DNA of 64,000 nt from contig CH464491.1 in assembly GCA_000002445.1 (NCBI GenBank), forward strand, positions 224,001-288,000, read 5' to 3'. The notes beneath the pieces were generated by a model. It worked only from the letters and a program-made list of their open reading frames with translations, did no database searches and was not told where the DNA came from. Of this stretch, positions 53,178-61,100 are shown piece by piece. How positions within the stretch are numbered: the stretch's first letter is position 1; each line of letters starts with the position of its first letter. The DNA is from Trypanosoma brucei. Lineage: Eukaryota. The translations under genes were made by a program, and so were the position numbers.

Positions 53178-54815
53178 ATGACGAACAGAGAAAACACGTG
53201 GGTTCACGTTGGGGAATCGCCACTTTTTCAGTTTCGCGTCAAGAATATTACCACCATCTCTTTCATACGTCTTCAATGTAGTCCACGTGACGATGTCCTT
53301 ACCCCCTTGAAAGACAGTTGCATTACTCTCTGGGCAAAATATTCCCCTTATGTGAGGACTGCGGATGGTGTGCTCTGTGATCTTCCCCCGTATGTTGTTG
53401 CATCTTTCAGATTCGACGAGACGGGCGAGGCGGTTTCGTCGGCACTTGCGTGGGTGTTACAAGAGGGATCGGCTGTTACGATTTGTGTCGCAACTGACAC
53501 GGGTGTCCCGGAGGTTCTGAGAGACGATGCGGCGGAGAGGTCTGCTGCTGCGCCTTGGGCTGCGTCGTATGGGTTAGGATGTAACATCAGTGTTTCACTT
53601 TTTGGGACGGAAAAACTGAGGGACTACTACCTGTCATCTTGGAGGCCCCTGTTGGTCTACCGGTGGTTCGAGCTGAAGGATTGTGTTCGTGAGGCAACTA
53701 TTCTACCATCGCGGTACAGGGGTCCGCTAACACCAAACAGTACTTTAAAGTTTCGTAAACGCCGTTTTCTACACGGTGGTGTGCGGGAGGCTAAATGCAT
53801 TTCTTCATGTGGTAATTACGTGCTTTGGGCAGATGGAACCATGGGACCCGCTGGCGAGGTGGTTCCGTACTGGAGGCGATTTGCGCCAGCGAGGGTGGAC
53901 AAGCGTGTTCGAGTGCGCGCCTTTCCTCATCGTTTTGCTGACATTGTTGGTGAGGTGCCCTTCGGTTGCATGGTCGAAGCCATTGGCAAGAAGGTTGACC
54001 CCTCGACACGTGAGGAATACGTGTTGCTTGTCTTGGGGGTACTCCCAAACGCGGCGTCATTGGCTGAGGCGTATGAGTTAACATACATTGAAACTGGCAA
54101 GTGGATCTGGGGGTGGTCAAAAATTGCGACGAGGAACGGCATGGTCTTGTTGGTAGAGGTTAGCGACACGTGCGGTGCCACCGCCGAAGGCCAAATGTGG
54201 GTTGAACACTTGCCGGAACCCGCGTTTTACACATCGGCTAGTGACGACCGCCGCGTCCGTATCCGTCGGGGACCGTCGTTACATGACGACGTCGTTGGGC
54301 ATCTGGAGCGCAACGAGGTAAAACTAGCTGTCGCTTTGTGGCACCCCGTCGATGGAGCTATCTGCGGGGCGATCCCTTCGGAGGACGTAAATAACACAAA
54401 TAGTGATCATGGAGCGGGACCACGGGGTGAGAAAGTACCTCAGAGTGTTCTGCACCACTTTGTGGAGTGGGAAAGTGGGGGATTTTCGCTTTTGCGGAAC
54501 AACGACCGTGTCTACCTCGTCGCCGTAGAACTAAGAAAAGAACCGCGCCACTTTCCTGTTTGTCCTCGACCGGAGCCACAGTCTCCGGAAATCATATCCA
54601 TTTCAAGAAAGCGGGCGCGAGCGGAGTCCCCCGTTAGTGAAGCAAGCGAAAAAGCAAAAGCAGATGCACCCAGCTCGCAGTTATGGAGCCCCTCAATGCT
54701 ACCAGAAGCGGTTACTATGGGGCTGAAGTCCGGACGTGTGCGATTGGAGGATCTGCCAACCATTGAATCTGCCGGAGGATCATGTGGGTCATTATCTTCC
54801 TTTGAGGGTGACTAA
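53178..54815 (+). CDS. Hypothetical protein (545 aa).
   Basis: There is an ATG at 53178 after a polyY tract (53040-53120). It is a continuous ORF in the polycistron orientation. No family was recognised. Confidence 0.55.
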   Translation: MTNRENTWVHVGESPLFQFRVKNITTISFIRLQCSPRDDVLTPLKDSCITLWAKYSPYVRTADGVLCDLPPYVVASFRFDETGEAVSSALAWVLQEGSAVTICVATDTGVPEVLRDDAAERSAAAPWAASYGLGCNISVSLFGTEKLRDYYLSSWRPLLVYRWFELKDCVREATILPSRYRGPLTPNSTLKFRKRRFLHGGVREAKCISSCGNYVLWADGTMGPAGEVVPYWRRFAPARVDKRVRVRAFPHRFADIVGEVPFGCMVEAIGKKVDPSTREEYVLLVLGVLPNAASLAEAYELTYIETGKWIWGWSKIATRNGMVLLVEVSDTCGATAEGQMWVEHLPEPAFYTSASDDRRVRIRRGPSLHDDVVGHLERNEVKLAVALWHPVDGAICGAIPSEDVNNTNSDHGAGPRGEKVPQSVLHHFVEWESGGFSLLRNNDRVYLVAVELRKEPRHFPVCPRPEPQSPEIISISRKRARAESPVSEASEKAKADAPSSQLWSPSMLPEAVTMGLKSGRVRLEDLPTIESAGGSCGSLSSFEGD

Positions 54816-54879
54816 AGAAAAGGGTACACCCATAGGAGGGCTGCTTTAAGTAAATATTCGTAAAAGCACCTCGCTCATG

Positions 54880-54925
54880 CCCTTTCTTTTGGGAATTTTT
54901 TAATAAACATTTTTTTTTTACAAGT
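54880..54925 (+). promoter_or_regulatory. Polypyrimidine tract plus AG upstream of the ClpGM6-like ORF.
   Basis: ccctttcttttgggaattttttaataaacatttttttttttacaag is followed by an A-rich 5' leader of about 270 nt and the ATG at 55198. Confidence 0.45.
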
Positions 54926-55197
54926 TCTAACTGCATCGTTACGCTGTGACCCAACAATCATCATCGGAAGGCGGATAAGTCGTACACTGCGTAGTGTGCA
55001 AAAACAAAACGAGAAAGAAGTAAAGTCATTCAAAAATAGTTTAAAAAATTTGCATTATCTCATAGCCAGTCTCAATTTCACAAAAAAGAAAGTAAAGAAA
55101 CAATTCAAGGGAATCAAAAAGAGAACGCAAGAAAATATAGAGACGATATTGACACGCAATACACTCGCAACGTCTTTGTGTGCGAGTCACCATAAAC

Positions 55198-58100
55198 ATG
55201 GCGTGTCAAGAGGTAAATAGTGAAGTTCCTGACAGCGATGTAGTTTTCCATGACACCATTTTTATGAGAAACAACAAACACGTCTCGGAGCAATGGATTC
55301 GTATTGGCGAATTGTACCCCAATGGTGCGAAGGAATCATTGCTCCCGGAGACGTTTGCACGCGAACAGTTCGGACAAGGAAGTCACTATGAGTGCTTCAT
55401 GCTTTCTGCCCTCGCCACTTTAGTAAAATTCCCCGACATCATTCGGAACTGCTTCGTGTCGAGGAATGTGCGGCGTGACGGGAGGTACACTTTTCAGTTC
55501 TTTCGTGACAAGGAATGGGTGAAGGTTGAAATTGATGACTCTGTTATGCTTGAGGATGATGAAGTTTTGTTCATCCGATCACCCACTAGTCATTGGTGGC
55601 CGCTACTGTTTGAGAAGGCTTATGCGAAATTCTACACCAGCTACGACAATTTGGAGGGTTGTACCTTACAGGAGGCGTACCATGACTTAACTGGCAACCC
55701 CGTGCTCAACATCCCCATGGACGCGAGGCTTGCCAAGGCTGCAGGTGTGGATGTGACTGGAGGTCAGTATTGGCTTGACCTCGCACAGAAGCTGCAATCC
55801 GGCCAGTTTGTTGGTTCGCTGCTGACGAGGGAAACGGACCTTGAGTCGATGGGTTTGCAGAGTGAGCAACAATACGGGATACTAGAGATTTTTTCGCTAA
55901 CTGGGACATCATCTGTAAGCGACATTGTGATTCACCTATACAACCCATTCGAGGACGAGGAATTCACGTACAAAGGCCCGCTGAACAGTAAGGACACGGA
56001 GTGGACCCCCAAACTCCGTGAAAAGTATAACGTGGATGATACGCACTCCATATTTCTTCCGCTACACGTTGCCCTGAAGATCGTAAATTCGGTGCAACTT
56101 TGCTACATATCCCCTATTGATGGTGACGCGACGTATTTTGATGATGAGTGGAAGGGTGAAACTGCGGGAGGGAACCCCACGAGTGTAACATGGCGCAAGA
56201 ACCCCCTATACTGCGTCAGGAACGCTGGGATCAACCCCGTGGAACTGGTTGTCGTGATTAAGCAGAAGGATCAACGTCATCTTTGGACATCAGAAGATGA
56301 TGAACTGATGTACAAAAGGTGTGGCATTGTTGTTGTTCAGAGTACCACAGTCACACAAATACCGACATATTTTGTAACAGGGAACAATCACAAAGCAATA
56401 CACAAGAGTTTGTTCCTAAACTCTCGTGAAGTGTCCAGTTTCGTTCGGATACCACCTAATTCCTTGTGCTACCTTGTACCTTCTTGCATGAAGAAGGGAG
56501 CGGAGAGTGCATTTACGCTCGCACTGTACCGGATGAAGCACCAAAATTATACGGAGTTCAATGTTAGTCGACTTGCTCTGCCGAAATTGCTGTGGCACAA
56601 TCCTATCCAAGAGAAACTCCAACTTCAAATGTTCACAAAGGATAGAAGGGATTTTTACGTCGATATACCCACTGACATTCACATTTTGATGCATCAAGAA
56701 AAACCGTTTGTAAGTGAGAAGACCGGTGGTGATGCTATGGTTCAGGATTACGTTGGTGTCTACCTTTATGATGACACGGACCGTAAGATTGGAGGTGTGC
56801 ACGCTGCGACGAATTTCAGGGAAACAAGTGTCTTGCATCGCCTTCCTCGTAGTGGTCGTTATGCTATTTCAATTACGTGTCCCCGGGCAAGTGGTGAAGT
56901 ACCCATTGCTCTCACAATTGTTGGTTCTCCTGATGCTAATGTTCGTATTGTTGAGGCTCCTGATGATGCCTCCATGTTTGATGATGAGGATGATATTGCA
57001 GAGGGTGATGAGGATGCTACTGTTTCTAATCCCATTGACTACATTCCTGTTGCTGGTGGAGGGCAGGTGTTCACTGAGGTACCCGATAGTACGGTCCCAT
57101 TTGAAGATAAACGTTTCATGGTTGATAATAAGATTATGACGAATGAACCGTGGATCCACATTGGTGACCTTTATCCTGAGGGAAAGACGCGCTCACTTTT
57201 GCCGGAGCGTCTGAGTCGTGAGCAGTTTGAGCAGGGTGAACACTTCGAGTGCTGTTGTCTGACCGCTTTTGCAGCGCTGGTGGAGCACCACCCCAACGTA
57301 ATTCGTGACGCGTTTGTGACGAAGGCTGTACGACGTGACGGACGGTACACGTTCCGGTTCCACCGCTACGGTCAGTGGGTGAAGGTGGAGATTGATGATC
57401 GTATTCCCCTTCTTGGTGGGAAAACTTTATTCTGTCGATCATCTGATGGTTATTGGTGGCCACTACTACTAGAGAAGGCGTATGCTAAGTTCTACACACT
57501 ATACCAAAATATTGAGGGATGTACGCTGCGGGAACTGTTTTACGACCTAACAGGGCTTCCTGTGCTTAGCATTCCGATGGAGTTGAAACTCGCGAAGGCT
57601 GTACTGTGTGATGTTGATGATGTGAGTTTTTGGGTTGAGCTCAGTGAGGGTCTGAAGGATTGTGCGTGTGCTGCCGTTGCACGCCCCGGTTTCGATGACA
57701 CCCTTGGTTTGTCCAATGGGCAAGAGTACGCTGTCCTTGATGTGGTATCGTTAACGGATGGTGAGGCCTCTTCCATATCTGATCTTGTTGTAAAACTTCA
57801 TAATCCGTTTCTGGAGACTGAGTACAAAGGCCCTATGAATGCAAGCGATGCTGCGTGGTCGTCTGAGCTGCGTACCCGTCTATGTCCGGAGCGACGGGAT
57901 ACTATCTACATTCCCGTGGAAGTTTTCTGCAATGCATTTCTCACTGTGGAGAAAGTTATGGTGCGTGGTCTTATTGTTCCCGGGTGGCAATTCAACAGTG
58001 AATGGGGTGAGGGCACGAACGGTGGCAATCCAACACTTGTGACGTGGCGTGAGAACCCCATTTACGTTGTGCAGAACACTGCGGATACCCCGTTACAGAT

Positions 58101-61100
58101 TATTGCAATGATTGGGCAACCTGATCAGCGTCGCGTGCTACACCTTCTCCCCGAGCAAGAGGTAAACTACGTTCAATGTGGGTTGTCGCTTGCCAAGAGT
58201 ATTAAGGGTGAATCGATCCCGACATACTTGCTGACACCCAATAGTCATGTTTTGATTCATAAGGGCCGTTTCTTTTCTTACCGTGAAGTAGCTGATGTTA
58301 TTGTTGTTCCGGGGAATAGCCTCACTTTTCTCGTTCCAAGCGCGATGTTTCGTGACAAAACGAAGTTTCTTCTCTCGTACTGGTACTCTAGTGCGAACGA
58401 CAGGAACAGTGTTACAATTGAGCGTCTTAATTTGGGTGTTGCGCGGCATCTTCCAGCCATTGCCCATCTCACTGTCAAAGAGAGGGTGAGGGAGCAAGTG
58501 GATTTTATTGTCGATGTTCCCACTGACGTTCATATCCTTCTTCGTCAAGAAAAACCCTGCCACGGTGACAGTGTTTCAAATGCCTTGACAGATGATTTTC
58601 TTGCCATGTATTTGTATAATTCTGAAGATGATCAACTCAGTGGTGTTGTGACCGCGACCAACTACAGGGAGATGGGAATAGTTCATCACCTCTCCGAAGG
58701 GGGGAGATATGTAATTTACGTTGTTTGCCCTCGTGCTGAGGGTGAGGTTCCTTTGAGAATAGAAATTGTCGCTATGCAGTCGGCCCAGGTTCGCACAGTG
58801 GAAGCATTACCCTTGTGCAAATCAATCTTGCAGGTGGAAAAAGAGCTAAAGCTGAGTACTGGGTCCTTGCCATACTCACCACTCCTTATAAGCGAAGGGG
58901 ATCTCAAAAATTTCTCGGGGCGACTATCGGACAACTCTATGCGGTTGGAGAGTTCCAGTGACCCTGACTTATCTTTCCTTGGAGCCGAGGTGGAAGGAAT
59001 TCCCACCCTGGATCTCACTCTGATGAGCGACTCTTCATTTTCTGAGATGGCACGTGAGCGCATGCAATTAAAGCGGGATCCCATTGCTAATGCGAGTCGT
59101 TTGGCTGAGGTTGAAGATAGTATGGTGGCACGTGCGAATGCTATTGCCAAGGAAATGCATTTGAGAGAGCGGCGATATCTGAACCCTGAGCCTGAGGGTG
59201 TCCCCCTTGAGTTGCTTCCTTTAAACGAGGACGAAGTTGTGAGTGAGAAGGAGGACCGCCTCCGTGCGCTGAATCGTAAGGAGCAGAAGGACGAGAAACT
59301 GTTACGGAGTCTTGAGGACGTGATAGCGGACCGTGTACACGAGATCGCGAGGGAGCTGAAGGTGAGTGAACGTGATCTGTTCCTTGATCCCACTCCAGGA
59401 GGTTTCCCTGTAGCGCAGCTTCCGCTGGACGAAGACGATGTGTTTCATTCACTCGAAGTGGAGCGACTGCAACTGCGACTGCGTCAGGATTCCCTTGCTA
59501 GCAAAGAAAGAATTGCTGAACTGGAAAACATGATGAATTGTAGGACTACGGAGCTCATCGACAAAATGAAAGAAGAGATTAGGAAGTTTCTTGACCCCAC
59601 CCCACTAGGAATACCACTTGAAGAACTAAAACTGGACGAACACGACAATTATGTTGCAAAAGAGATAAGCCTAATTGGAATGATAAGAAAAGGGAAAAAA
59701 GAATCACAGGAAGCAATTTCAATTCGGGAACAGTTACTTCAAATAGAATACGCTGTTGCCAAGGAACACTTAAACAACTTTAGGATACAGTACCTCGGAG
59801 ACGACATTGAGGGTCGCCAACCGAACGAATTAAACTTAGAAGAAGAAGAAACTTATATGCAGATGGAGAGAAAATTGATTGAATACTACAACAGTAATCA
59901 ACGTAACAGCGAAGAAGCGCAGAAAATAAGAGTAAATCTACTTCACAAAGCTACAAAAGCATCAAAGCATTTAAATCGATCCGAGAGAAAAAACTACATT
60001 AAGAGAGACAGACTCGAGATTTCAATATCAAACATTCCGCTTGATGACAACGAACAGTTCACAACATTAGAAGCGGAACGAATAAGAAAAAAAAGAAATA
60101 AAAAAAATTCAGAGGTTGAACAAATAGAAATGGAACTCAACAATATAGCACAACAGCTAGCTAAACTGAAAGCATCCGATAGCCGCAGCTTCCTTGATCC
60201 TATGCCAGAAGGAGTGCCGTTGAGTGAGCTTGAATTGGACAAGGATGAGAAGTTCAGCACCATGGAAGAGGAGCGTCGTAAGCTTATTGCTGAGGATCGT
60301 GAAGATAATGCAACACGCATTGCTGAATTAGAAGCAGCAATGAACGAGTATTCACATGAGCTTGCTAAACTGAAAGCATCCGATAGCCGCAGCTTCCTTG
60401 ATCCTATGCCAGAAGGAGTGCCGTTGAGTGAGCTTGAATTGGATAAGGATGAGAAGTTCAGCACCATGGAAGAGGAGCGTCGTAAGCTTATTGCTGAGGA
60501 TCGTGAAGGTAATGCTGCGCGCATTGCTGAATTAGAAGCAGCAATGAACGAGCATTCACATGAGCTTGCTAAACTGAAAGCATCCGATAGCCGCAGCTTC
60601 CTTGATCCTATGCCAGAAGGAGTGCCGTTGAGTGAGCTTGAATTGGATAAGGATGAGAAGTTCAGCACCATGGAAGAGGAGCGTCGTAAGCTTATTGCTG
60701 AGGATCGTGAAGATAATGCAACACGCATTGCTGAATTAGAAGCAGCAATGAACGAGTATTCACATGAGCTTGCTAAACTGAAAGCATCCGATAGCCGCAG
60801 CTTCCTTGATCCTATGCCAGAAGGAGTGCCGTTGAGTGAGCTTGAATTGGATAAGGATGAGAAGTTCAGCACCATGGAAGAGGAGCGTCGTAAGCTTATT
60901 GCTGAGGATCGTGAAGGTAATGCTGCACGCATTGCTGAACTAGAAGCTGCAATGAACGAGCATTCACATGAGCTTGCTAAACTGAAAGCATCCGATAGCC
61001 GCAGCTTCCTTGATCCTATGCCAGAAGGAGTGCCGTTGAGTGAGCTAGGATTGGATAAGGATGAGAAGTTCAGCACCATGGAAGAGGAGCGTCGTAAGCT

